A DNA stretch of 64,000 bases from Lingula anatina (lineage: Eukaryota > Animalia > Brachiopoda). Shown piece after piece: positions 34,523-46,218 of this stretch. The stretch covers positions 68,364,788 through 68,428,787 of the forward strand of contig CM120640.1 in NCBI GenBank assembly GCA_051362555.1, written 5' to 3'. The stretch's first letter is position 1; every line of letters begins with the position of its first letter. Made by a program: the position numbers and the translations under genes. The notes beneath the pieces are model-generated. The model did no database searches, was not told the origin of the DNA, and saw only the letters and a program-made list of their open reading frames with translations.

Positions 34523-35712
34523 TTTGGGGGGGGGGGGGGATTCTGAAGATAACTTGCGTACCTAAATGGATAATTGTTTCCAAAATGTTTCAGGTTGTGG
34601 AAATGATCCTGATCAACGAGGGTAGACCGTTCAAAAGTGGGCATCCACTCCATATGCATGGTGCATATTTTCGTGTGCTAGGCATTGGAAAGGTAAGTGC
34701 ATGTGTATTCCCTAGTTCTCTTCAATGTAAAATGAAATTAGCAGTAAAAGGCTTACTCGACTAATTTCTGTGAATATTTGACATTTGATTTTTCGTGCGT
34801 GTTTATATATTTCCTAATAATTACCGTTTTAATTTATTTCTTTAAATAGATGTGTATAACCATGTTTGGAGCAAATAAATTGACGAAAAACTGATAGCAG
34901 CAGCTGTCTTCTTTGATATTTACAATTCTAGCTCGGAAGTTCTATTTCGGTTGAAGAAGTAAAGAAACTTCACGAGGAGGGCAATCTAAGATATAAACTT
35001 ATAAGTCCTAGCTACCGTGACACAGTAAACGTACCTGACGGAGGATATGCCATCATACGATTCAGAACCGACAATCCAGGTAATTGTTAAATATTAAAAT
35101 TAAAAAAGAAAACGGAGTTTTCCTTTGTATATAACCCAAACCCATTATTAAATATTATATAATTAATACAAAAGACCCATAATATTCTTGTCAGGGTTGT
35201 ATACCTACGACAATATTCAAGTTTTGTCCTTTGGTTTATACTGTAATCAATGCAGGCCTATAGACTGTTTACGTTAAATACTTCTCTCAGAATTTAGTGC
35301 TCATTTACATATCATAAATACCGTAATGCACTGAAAAAGGTACAGAAAAATGATAACCTAATACCAAATAGACATTGATGTAGTTTTATTAAGTTATATA
35401 TTTCATTTCCATACAGGTCTTTGGTTCTTCCACTGCCATGTTGACTCTCATCTAGCCCAGGGTCAAGCCATGTTGCTGAAGTTTGGAGATTTTGCAGAGT
35501 ATCCATCGATTCCAGCAAACTTTCCTCGATGTGGAAGTTGGGGCGGACATGTGTACAAAGATGCAACTCACAGGGACCAATGTCCTCAACAACCTGTGCA
35601 GGAGTGTAAAGAACCAACCTCGACCGGAAATCGTAGCCTGCCGCCATTTTCTTTGTTTCAGTTGACCATCTTCCTCCTACATGTTTATTGGATAAAATCT
35701 GGATTGTTATAG
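25116..35712 (+). CDS. Laccase-like three-domain multicopper oxidase, copy A (686 aa; signal peptide, Cys-rich N-terminus, hydrophobic GPI-like C-terminus)
   Basis: Exons 25116-25194, 26354-26445, 27418-27537, 27708-27868 (HWHG), 29392-29613 (HFYHSH), 30253-30524, 31601-31776, 32222-32360, 32932-33038, 34136-34285, 34594-34692 (HPLHMHG), 34932-35079 (RFRTDNPG), 35417-35712 (HCHVDSH); 2061 nt, phases consistent, no internal stops. Confidence 0.93.
29625..30075 (+). repeat. Intronic minisatellite, ~37-bp unit, about 12 degenerate copies
   Basis: Unit GATATCCCTCCACCAGGGGTCTTCCCAGTGTTGTGTT; starts just after the exon 5 donor of copy A; absent in copies B and C. Confidence 0.9.
33039..34135 (+). 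other. U12-type intron 9 of laccase copy A
   Basis: Donor GTATCCTTT; TTTTCCTTAAA branch-like motif about 10 nt before AG; joins ...ALDN|ITFAFPP in frame. Confidence 0.8.
33131..33807. mobile_element. Harbinger-like MITE within laccase-A intron 9
   Basis: AGGCCCCGTCACA ... TATGACGGGGCCT termini; interior dense in GAATGC/GCATTC motifs. Confidence 0.7.
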
Positions 35713-37364
35713 AATGCATCCGACTTTGTCAAACTAGTAGTGCACACTGGTTGCATTTCTTTCTTTCTTAACATTCCATTATAGGTGAAATATCATGAAA
35801 GACCAAATAATTAACTGGAAGGCCTTTTCTGAAAGCTTTAAGTAGGCCTACATACATGTAAGTGTAATATTCTCAACTGATATCTCGCTTCATCTGCAAG
35901 ATGTGACTTGATCTCCATGGAAATCACAGGGAAACATGTTATGAATTTGAGTAAATGGTGTAAAATATGGATATATCTGTGTTTTGTACCATAAATCATG
36001 TTATTATTTTTTCAAAATATTGTAGATATGTTTTTTATTCATACGTACCTCCAGCGTGAAATCTAGCGGTAGTCATAGTTTTAGTCCCTATCTGTGTCGC
36101 GTCATGTCGGCGGATGTAAGTCACCGTTACCGCTTTTCCTTGCGGACCACAAGGACCTTTGTATTAATCTCTTGGATCGGATTAGGTCACATTTAACCTC
36201 AACTTAAACCACCTAGATCTTGTGCCCTGTAGGGGCATTTGCCTATGTGTGACGCTGGTTGTAATGCAGGTCCTAGTTACATTTTAAATGAAATGCGAAA
36301 TATCTCCTAAACCGAAATAGGGAAAAGTTACTATAGAAGTTTAACTGAAAGTCATATGTGGAGGTGCCAAATATGACCTTGGATTTGACCTTCAACATTT
36401 ATGACCTGTGCTTGCAAAATTATTGTGTACGAGGAAAAAAAAAACTTACACCACACAAAACTTACATGTCTGAACGACAGGTCTGGGAAGAAAAATTGTT
36501 GAATTTTCCTTTCAATAGAAAATGCTACTTTGTAAAGATTGAAACATCTGGCGGCGGTATCACAGGTATGATCCTCAAGTTATGATTATATTTTATCATT
36601 ACGTATCTTATATACTGTATGCACATGCAGTAGGACTCTCACACGTGTGGACTAGTACAAGAATGAATGGATCCTATTTTTGTCCCTTTAACTTCAGGCA
36701 GTAATTGTGTTTTAAAATATACAGAGATAGATAGACTTTAAGACAAAGACATTTATGGGGTTCCAGACAGATAACTTTATATTTTCAGGTGTAATTCACA
36801 CAGACTCTATCTTAACAATTCATATATTTTACGAATCTCACTTGCCGGAATAAAATTTTATTTAAAAGAAAACATTATTTTGTGTTCATGTCATCTTTTT
36901 ACACTCTCAACTGAATTGCAAAATAAATAAATAAATAAATAGATAATTAATTAATTAATAACATTTGGAAATGGAATAAATAAGGTAAATTTTCAGTTTC
37001 ATCTACATTGTTATATTCAACATATCTAATCGGAACATATACTGCTTTTCAAACAGCAGTACAAATGTAATAAAATCCTCTATAAGAGTACGCCTGCTTG
37101 CATATGCACTTTTTAACGAGATGATATGTTGGAGTTGATGAAGATAAACATTGGTCTAAACGGTTGTCTGACCCCAATTCCATGTGCTTTTTTTTTACAA
37201 ATGTTCAACTCACATATTTAATTGTGATAAACAGTGCTTTTTATTCAAGATGCCATATTTGACATGATTAATGGTTCAGAAAATACAAAATAGCGATGAA
37301 AAATATTTCAACAGATAAATACTATGAATTAATGACGCAAAATAGTCGTCTTTATTACCTCTTG

Positions 37365-40300
37365 ACGAACCTTGCAGAGATCGTCACTACAGTTGGTAGT
37401 GTTAACTGTGAAGTGGTTACAAAACCAGGCGGTATCAATGTCATCTGGTTGTGTCATGAGGGGCACAGGAGGGAACGCAAACGTTATCTTTATGGTCGTT
37501 AAGGAAAAACAAATGCACAGAATATATTTTAATAACAACTATTCATCAATGTTCAGTTGTTTTTTTTCGGAATTTGGATTCACAAAATGATTTTCTATTA
37601 AACAAACGAGGAAACAATAGAAAATTTTAAAATGTGAAAACTAATATTTTGAAAGTTTGGGCACCAGTGATAATTATTACGTTCAGAAACCTCTTTATTA
37701 TCATCGACCAAAAGGATACGTTGTCTAAAACTGGAGTGTGGTGTGCTTTGGCCCGAGGGAGCTCCTTCACGGGGTAGTAGATACGGTGGTTAAACTTCGT
37801 GTTGTCATTGTTCAGAAAGTCCATACCTAAAGATACAAGAAGAAATAAAGTGGATTTCACTTGTACATGTACTTTATAATTCTACCATGAGCTGCTGAAT
37901 AATTTTACCTCTTGTACTCTGAAGTCCACATCCTTCCAGACGCTTTTGTCCATTAGCCTGATATACTAAAACCCGGGGCCTATTTAAGAAGTCTTAAGTC
38001 AGTTATGGGGCTCAAATTTTAACAACTGATATTTATTAAATGTACGTTTCATAGACAGCTTTTATGACTGTATAAATCAATCTTTTCGGGCTAAATAGTT
38101 GGGCAAACATGCATGCATGAAACATGCATGAAACATGCACCGATTCGACTTATCAGCAAACCCAATCCAAATTCTCATCGGTAAATTTGTATATATAAAT
38201 ATTGTATGTAATGTAATAAATACGGAAAATATAACACAATAACAATTTTACAAGCCCAAAAAAGTACCAGCAAGACAAGACTCGACCGTACAATAACTTG
38301 ACTTACCAAGATAGTATTTAACATCTACATTTTCATCAGTAAATATTTCGTTCTCAAAATTTTCCAACTCGTCTACGAGAATATCAAAGTCCGGTCCGTG
38401 GGTTTTGATCGGGTTTCTTGGTTCACTTATGGTTGGATTCAAATACTGAAATGTGGAGATTTATAATACGTTGGCGACATGATACACTTCTATCCGTGTT
38501 GCCGACTTATAACATTGAGTGATACATGTATTTGACTTATTTATAATTACAGTAAATGTTCTTCTTTGACTTTTTGCCTTGTTTTCAAATTGATATATTG
38601 TATATCTACAAACAACACCAAACTGTCTGGAGCCATCGTTCTCAAATACCAAAATAGAGAAAGGTCCATTTTGATACACAGGTTTTGCGTCAAAACACCC
38701 ACACATAACGTATGAATAGTTTTAGTTATCATTATTAAAGACATCATAAAAGTTTGATATCGTTTAAAATGACGGAAAACAAAACTGCTTTATCAAGGCA
38801 TAATGAAAAACAGATATGATCCAATATTTAAATTTATCGCAATTAAACCTGTAGCTAAATCACCAATAATTCCGGTGAATCGAAATTGCAGCATCTTATT
38901 TTAAATCAAAGATGACACAGTATAAAACTCGTCTCAGGCCCATACAGTTTATGTGAATGATTGGTAAACCATAGTATATTGAAGCATAAATTAGAATAAC
39001 CTTTCCGAGTCTGTTTGCCTTCCTGTCTTCAGTGGGATATTCGTCAGCCGCGTCATTGTATCTAATTACTCCTAGGGCCACATGTCCTAAGAAACCACAA
39101 CTCGCCATGCCTACAGCCTTCAACCAGTAATTACCAACTGACTGATTAGCATGCAAAACGGCGTCAAATCGTTCACCTGAAATTAAAGTTAAATCATGAA
39201 CGAATAATTGATCATTGATCAGGGCACGTTCAGGTTGCGACACGAAGCGCCTGATTAGAGACATTGCTGGATATCCATTTTTAGGTAAAATTAAAAAATG
39301 TCGTCTTGGCACCTGCACTTTTCCTGTTAAAACTGTATTGCAAGGAACTACAGCACTTCGTGATAATCAAAGATAAATGATTACCTGGTTTTATTCCAAA
39401 TACATCGACCTCTATAGGCTTCACGGCAACGCCATCGGCAGCAATGACAGTCAAGTTGTGGGCGTCAACCGATACTTTGAAATTGCATATCATATGGCCA
39501 GCGTTGATGAAGCGAAAGCGGTATCGATTACCCTGGGTCACGTGAAAGACTTCTAAAGGGGGTCTTGTCGTGATGTTAGGATTGGAACTCAGTTTCACTT
39601 CGTAGTTATCAGATTTCCCGTTTAACAGTAAGGAAAAGGACAGAAAGTTGTCAAACCTGCAGAAAAAAGAATGCTCAATGCATGCTAAACTCTGCTAGAC
39701 TGTACAAATAAAATAAGGTTTCAAATGCTGCTTTTTATATCAGATACCATATATAAAAGGACTTTAAAAACCCCAGTGTAGATATACTATTTTATTATCT
39801 TTACAGAGCATGTACGTTTTTTATCTTTTCTTCAGAACATTCACCCCCTTGTGACTTGTATAATAGCGTGTGTATCTACTACGTAAACGGTCCCATTCAC
39901 TTTCTATTCCAGAAAAAACAATCTACTAAAACCATTGGCACCTAATGATCCCCAAACGGGCTACATTCTCCTCCACTCACAGACCAACACACGCGCACAC
40001 ACACACACACACACGCACGCACACACACACACACACGCAAACATACACGCGACAAGTGTAGTGGAGTACAACAAAACTGTTGATTCGTCAGCAAAGACGG
40101 TGGGATTCCAGTGATGAAAGGTAAGTTTCATTACTCCCTGACCGTCTGCAGGAGAAAAGTGCAATGCCCCATAGACATACACGCTAATGTGCCTTTTAAA
40201 GAACTCACTCAAATGCTTATTGTGTAAAAAATGTTGATATTTCGCGGAATCTTTTTAATTTCACGGAGGTATTTCACCTTTATGCAAATCACCGAAGACC

Positions 40301-43300
40301 ATCAGATTTGAGGTGGAAGGTGCATGTAATTAATTTGAATAAATGATAAAAATATCTAAGCATCTGGATTTTGTACTTCGATACAATATGTTACGTTAAT
40401 ATCTGGAATAGAAAGCATTACTAAAAACAAGGTTTACAGCTGTGATGTGATAAAACAAAAAACAAGAAATTAGAGGCATATCTTCCTTTTTGTGCAATTT
40501 TTCATGTATTAAAAACTTTCAATGTGACTCTTTTGTTTTCCAATTTGTTAAGGGGCTTGATATTTACATAAGAATTGACAGCTTGATATCTCAAATCTCA
40601 TCCTGGTAGAGCACATTCAACAACAGCACTCACTTGTTATGCATCAAATGGACAAAACGTGCATTTGATGGCTCTGGAAACCAGTCTGCCAGCTGAATCA
40701 CGTGACTAGGGAGATCCTCGTCGTACAGGGTCCTATGTGGTTCATCTTCCGGTGGTTTGCGAACTATTAACGCACCATACAGGCCGTCCGCGATCTGCGA
40801 GCCAATGTGGGAATGGTAGAAATGGGTCCTAGCTGGGCTGGCTTTAAACGTGAACCTGTATTAGAATAGACATATTACAAATCAGTTCATCCTGGGTCAA
40901 TCATCAATCAGAAAAACAAATTGGGTTTTTGAATTGCAGCCGCTGTCGCTGGACAGAAATTTATCACAAACTCACAAACAACAAACAAACGCAAGATACA
41001 TGTACACAATGAAAACGGCTTAAATTCACTTCTTTTTAGAATATTGGCCAAAAGGCAATAATCATCCTTTGATTATGTATGTGTCTAACATCCCCGTAAC
41101 GTACCTGAATGTTGTGAACTGTGGAATGGGGCACTGTGTTATCATACTGACTCCGTCCATGTACGGTGTCCCCATCTGGTGGATGCCGTGCCAATGTATC
41201 ACTGTACTTTCACCGTCCTCAAGTTCATTCTTTACATTCACCACCAAGGTATCACCCTCACAAACCTGGATGACAATCACATATCTTTTGATTTATTTAC
41301 AATAAACACATCATAAAGCCAATGTACTGCCAGGTCCCTAAATATTATCAAAGGTATATATACATTTGAGTAATTAATCCTACGTCCTCTTTCGTATGAA
41401 ACGATGGACACGCATCTGCCGTTTAAAACTGCAAAATACATGTACTCCGTCTCACCTCTATCATCGGCCCTGGTATCTGTCTATTGACCGCAATGACAGC
41501 TCGCATATGTCCATCAGCAGCTATACAATGGGGGCGGTGGCAGTCAGGTTAAATGGACAGTCGTAGCAAGCCTAGAATGTATCATAACGTATGGAAGGTA
41601 CAAGACTGAGAAATTTTATAAGCAATGAATAGTACATCGTTGACATTGGTTCACATTTTTCTTATTGCCTTAACCTTACCCCTTTTTTTCAAAAGGGGTT
41701 TTAACCCCTGTCTGTGTGTCTTTCTGTCTGTTTGTCATCAACATAACTCAAAAACATATGGACCGATTTTAATAAAATTTTCAGGGTAGGTCAGAAATGG
41801 GTTAACTTAGAAGTGATTAATATTTGGTGGTGATCCGGATCAATAATCAATCAATAATCAATAATCAAAAATCAATCATCAACACAACTCAAAAAGTAAT
41901 GAATCGATTTTTATGAAATTTTCAGGGTAGGTCAGAAATGGGTTAACTAAGAAGTGATTAGTTTTTGGTGGTAATCCAGATCAATAATCAATCAATAATC
42001 AATAATCAAAAACCAATCATCAACATAACTCAAAAAGTTATGGACCGATTTTAATGAAATTTTCGGGGTAGGTCAGAAATGGGTTAACTTAGAAGTGATT
42101 AGTTTTTGGTGGTGATCTGGATCAATAATCAATCAATAATCAATAATAATAAAAAAATTGCTGCCTTGGCGGAGTGCTTTTCTAGTTTCTCTTTTTCTTA
42201 ATCTTTACCTTGGATAGTGTAAGATACCAATCGACGGTAAAGTTGTACTCGCACATCTTGTGGACATTTCGCTGACAAACTCTAGCACACTCGTGGCCGT
42301 CTATAAATACATGTATTAGAAAATACGTAAGCTCGAGGAAGGTTAACAACTCGTGGAAGAGGCAAAGATAAGGCTTAGGAAATGGGCGTCAGATTTTCCT
42401 AATAAGAGAATTGGCAAAACGTACAGAAGAAGGTCCTAAAAATAAAACTTTGAACAATATTTAAATTTTATCATATACAGTTTTATATATTACAGAGACA
42501 CAGACAGATTTTTTTCATATGTTTACTTATTTTTTGCTTTAAGTCACTTAATTGCGTTTTTAAATTCGCTTTGTTTAATATATAAATCATAAATTGTATG
42601 TTTTTATTTAAGGGTAAATTCTTCGGGGCAACTTGCCCCGGGGTCTAACAACCCCTGGTCTCCCCTATGTACATGTAAGAGCACTAGCACGATATGCCGT
42701 GATATAACAATAAGCTGTTTTTATATACAATTCCTGAAGAAAAGCCATATTCAGTGGGTACATATACAATATACCAGCATGTTCGATAAATATACGTTAA
42801 GCTGCGCATTGTACTCATTTCAACTCGCGCTGTGAGAAACGAGCGTATTATTCAGTTGATAATATAGCCAAAGTAAGTTTTTGTTCAATACAATAATTTG
42901 GGAAAATATTACTAATGGACCCTGTTTACGCTGCCCATAATGTTTGTTAACACCCAAACTACCTTCCTTTCACAATATTTGAAAGATGGCCTTCACCAGT
43001 CTAAGCTGGATTGTTGAATTTTATTTGGTTTTTGTTGAAATAAGTTCAAATTGTTTCATTTTATCATCAGAGAAATATCACTAATGATGAAATAACAGCA
43101 GTTGCGGGGAAATATTGCTTGCGTTTTATTTTTCTATATGAATATACGACAAGTAACAATTACGTATAATTAACCTTAATTTTCATAGAGACTACTATAA
43201 CATTTACACTTACAATTGCGTAAACTTACATTTTGATTTAACTTACCCGCTTGGACCACTAAACATGTGATAATGCTTACAGCCAGGTACACCAAACGCC

Positions 43301-43328
43301 GTGCCGTTAAGTTTACAACGCTCGTCAT
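37365..43328 (-). pseudogene. Inverted laccase paralog B, frameshifted and 3'-truncated
   Basis: Exons 43247-43328, 42209-42300, 41456-41571 (116 nt versus 120: 4-bp deletion), 41105-41265, 40634-40855, 39385-39656, 39001-39176, ~38306-38444, 37720-37826, 37487 down to ~37365 where homology stops mid exon 10; exons 11-13 with the L3/L4 copper sites not found. Confidence 0.88.
41660..42186 (+). mobile_element. HINE/pearl-like element carrying three tandem ~141-bp core repeats
   Basis: GTCT microsatellite then units starting ~41738, ~41880, ~42021 (CAACATAACTCAAAAA...TCAGGGTAGGTCAGAAATGGG...GATCCGGATCAATAATC); ends CTGCCTTGGCGGAGTGCTTTTCTAG. Confidence 0.7.
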
Positions 43329-44639
43329 TTTCGTTAACACCCGAACTACCTTTCTGACGCGATATATGAAACCAGCCTAACCCAGAGCGCTGAATCTACT
43401 TGCTCTGTGAGAAATATAACACCGGCGTTAAGTTATGCATACATTGTTACTACCTATACTACTAGGTTTGAAAAGTTTACATCACCCCAGCTGAATTTAA
43501 AAGACACGCGCACAAAGAAATGCGTCTAAAAGGAGATGCGACGCACCAACATAATGGCTTGAACAGTGCATACCCTTCACAAAATGTATGCCCCAATAAC
43601 GAATAACAACTGTTCATTTTGGCCGAGAAATGAATTTTCCTGGGGTAAACATCAATTTTCCTATTCTTACCAATGGTTAATGAATCCATTTCTACATTTA
43701 AATTTAGTCCCTGTTTTTTTTCCTAAAAAGATATTTTTTGTAAATCTCTTAAGAGATTATTACTGAGTATAGCCATCTACGAAGGTTACGTAGTCGGATG
43801 GCATGCACAGATTTCAGATTACTTGCTATAACTGCTGTTTTTGTGGTAAAATAGAATATATTTTATTTCTATGTTGTTTACAATGTATTTATTGTGAAAT
43901 TTAGATCTCATACGAAGAGTTGTTATCCCTTTAATAAAAATATACAGAATGGAAATTCGTTTTGTAAATATCGAGCTTTATCGAGCGTGCTATGTGCACA
44001 CGAACAATATGTGGGGCCTCGATTTGAAACCTGCCAGCTTTTGTGTTTTTAATCTCCAAATACTTTAAAAAATCTATAAAGCTAATAAATTGGGCGTCGA
44101 TAAGAACCTATTATATCGTATCTTTTATATTAATTATTATTGAAGATCACAATAATAAACGAGTCGCATTTCAATGTACTCCATGCTATGGTCTTTATTT
44201 AAAAATAGCAATTTTTACGAGATTACATAGTGCATCGTTTGGTTCCATTGCCTCGCTTTCAAAAATTAGAACAGGCGCTCCAAAACCGGGAGACGAAGTA
44301 AAAAAATTTATATTGGCCCTTGCACAAGAATGTCCTCGCAGCATTATCTGCAATTAACCTTCCTACGATTTTGAATGTATTTTGCAATATCATTTTCAAT
44401 CTGGCCCATGAAGAATTTTATTAATCAAGAGTTGGGGAGGGGTGAAAAATCCCCATTGGGGCCACATATAACACTATAAATACAATGGGATTCCCCTTAA
44501 AATGAAGGTAAAATAAATGTTATTCTAAGGAATTTCGACGGATTTACTTTTTACAACATAAAATCAATAAAAAATTTCTAATATAAAATTTCAGAAAGAC
44601 ACCAGAGAGCAAATGAAATAAAATCAACCAGACGGTAAA

Positions 44640-45626
44640 CACCGGCAGGCTTTGCAGCGCACTTTGGTCCGCATATAACCAGTCTACTGTTGCATTGATT
44701 GTTAGTGGAGAAGCATTATCATGCTGAAGTATAGGGTGGCCACGGTCTCCAAAGATATTTTCGAAAGATTTTCTTTTCAGAACTTGGATGCATGGCCCTG
44801 CCTTAAGTTTTGCGTTGACCACTGCCAGCTTGCACTACACTATAGTAGCCAATACACGGATACCATGACTTATATGGAGTGTGTCCTGGCGACCAGATGC
44901 ATACAAATTGGGAAGATACTTCTTTCGAGCTTTCTCCAATCTCTTACGCGCCCATCCCTGCTGACAACGCTTAACAAGCTTTCATCTTGTTTGCTGGCGT
45001 CCATCCCAGAGATTTTAAACGCAGTTGAGGAATATGATTTCTCTTGTTTTGTGAAAGCTGACAGAGGGACTGAAAATGGGTACATTCAAAGTGTCACCCC
45101 TACCGCATCATCGGTAGAGAACATCTTTGGGGACAGGAACCAATCGTTTATATTTCAAGATAACGCTACACCACATAGGGCCAGGCCAGTGCAAGAGTGG
45201 CTTTACCAGCATGGTTTCAACAGGGTGGACTGGCCTGCCCAATCACCAGACGCAAACCCTATTGAAAACCTGTGGCAAGATATTGGAAATCAAGTGGCAA
45301 AGGATCGCCTTTTTGCCAGAAACTCCCTAATCCAAAGTGTCTTCTGAGCCTGGGCCAACTTAGCCCCCAGAAGATTGATGAAGCTTTATCAGTCTATGCC
45401 TAGCAGGATGGTGGCCATATTGAGATCACGTGGCTATCCCACAAAAAATTAATTCTGTCATAATAGCATGTGTTATGTAAGGGCAATGCACTGTTCTGTA
45501 AACCTAAAATAAATATACTCACTTGACGCAATCAGTTTTCAATACAATAGCAATTGAAAAAACTAACATATCCAGCTGTTGTTCCCCTTAAAGCAAAATG
45601 GTACAATATTTTTGTCACCCCCTGTA
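44640..45626. mobile_element. Composite transposon debris: minus-strand Tc1 DDE piece, short integrase-core-like piece, plus-strand Tc1 3' end with TIR
   Basis: Minus 44640-45000 DESLLSVVSRDGRVR...QHDNASP; plus 45010-45090 LNAVEEY...ADRGTENG; plus 45110-45450 FQDNATPHRA...WPAQSPDANPIENLW...RGYPTK; TIR TTTGTCACCCCCTG|TA ending 45626. Confidence 0.75.
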
Positions 45627-45897
45627 CATGTGCCTGTATATTTGTTTAACTGCTCATCTGACAGGATTTGCTTAGAATGTATTTCTTTGTGCATATTTGT
45701 CTTTTAAATTTAGCTGGGCTGCTGTAAGCTTTCTTGACCTTGTAAAGGGTCTAACAATGCATGCACAGGCTAACGCTGGTGTTAGAGGTTCTATGATTTC
45801 ACTGATCTCGTAAAATCAACACCGTGGCTTAGATTGGTTAAGGCCTTCATCCTTCGCACATTGCGCAAGGAAGGTAGTTTGGGTGGTAACGAACATT

Positions 45898-46186
45898 ATG
45901 GGTGTGAACTTTAAGGCACAGCGTTTGGTATTCCTGCTTGTTAGCATTATCGCTTTTACTACGGTCCAAGCGGGTAAGTTAAGTCTAAATGTAAGTTAAA
46001 AAAATTCTAAATGTAATAAGACCGTTAGTTAAGAAAATAGTTTCACACAAAAGTTGTCAAATTTCAGAGCCTTATCTCAGTAAAGGGACAAATTTGCAGA
46101 AAAAGTTACTATAGAATTTAATTTCCTTGATGATTAAATAAAAGACATAACTTTTTGAAAATGCCTTAATTTTCATTATTTTTTAC

Positions 46187-46218
<32 letters not shown>

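Noticed and set aside
44721-45347. Intact transposase gene
   Set aside because: Only the last ~80 codons are Tc1 sense sequence; the rest is antisense or unrelated and it stops prematurely
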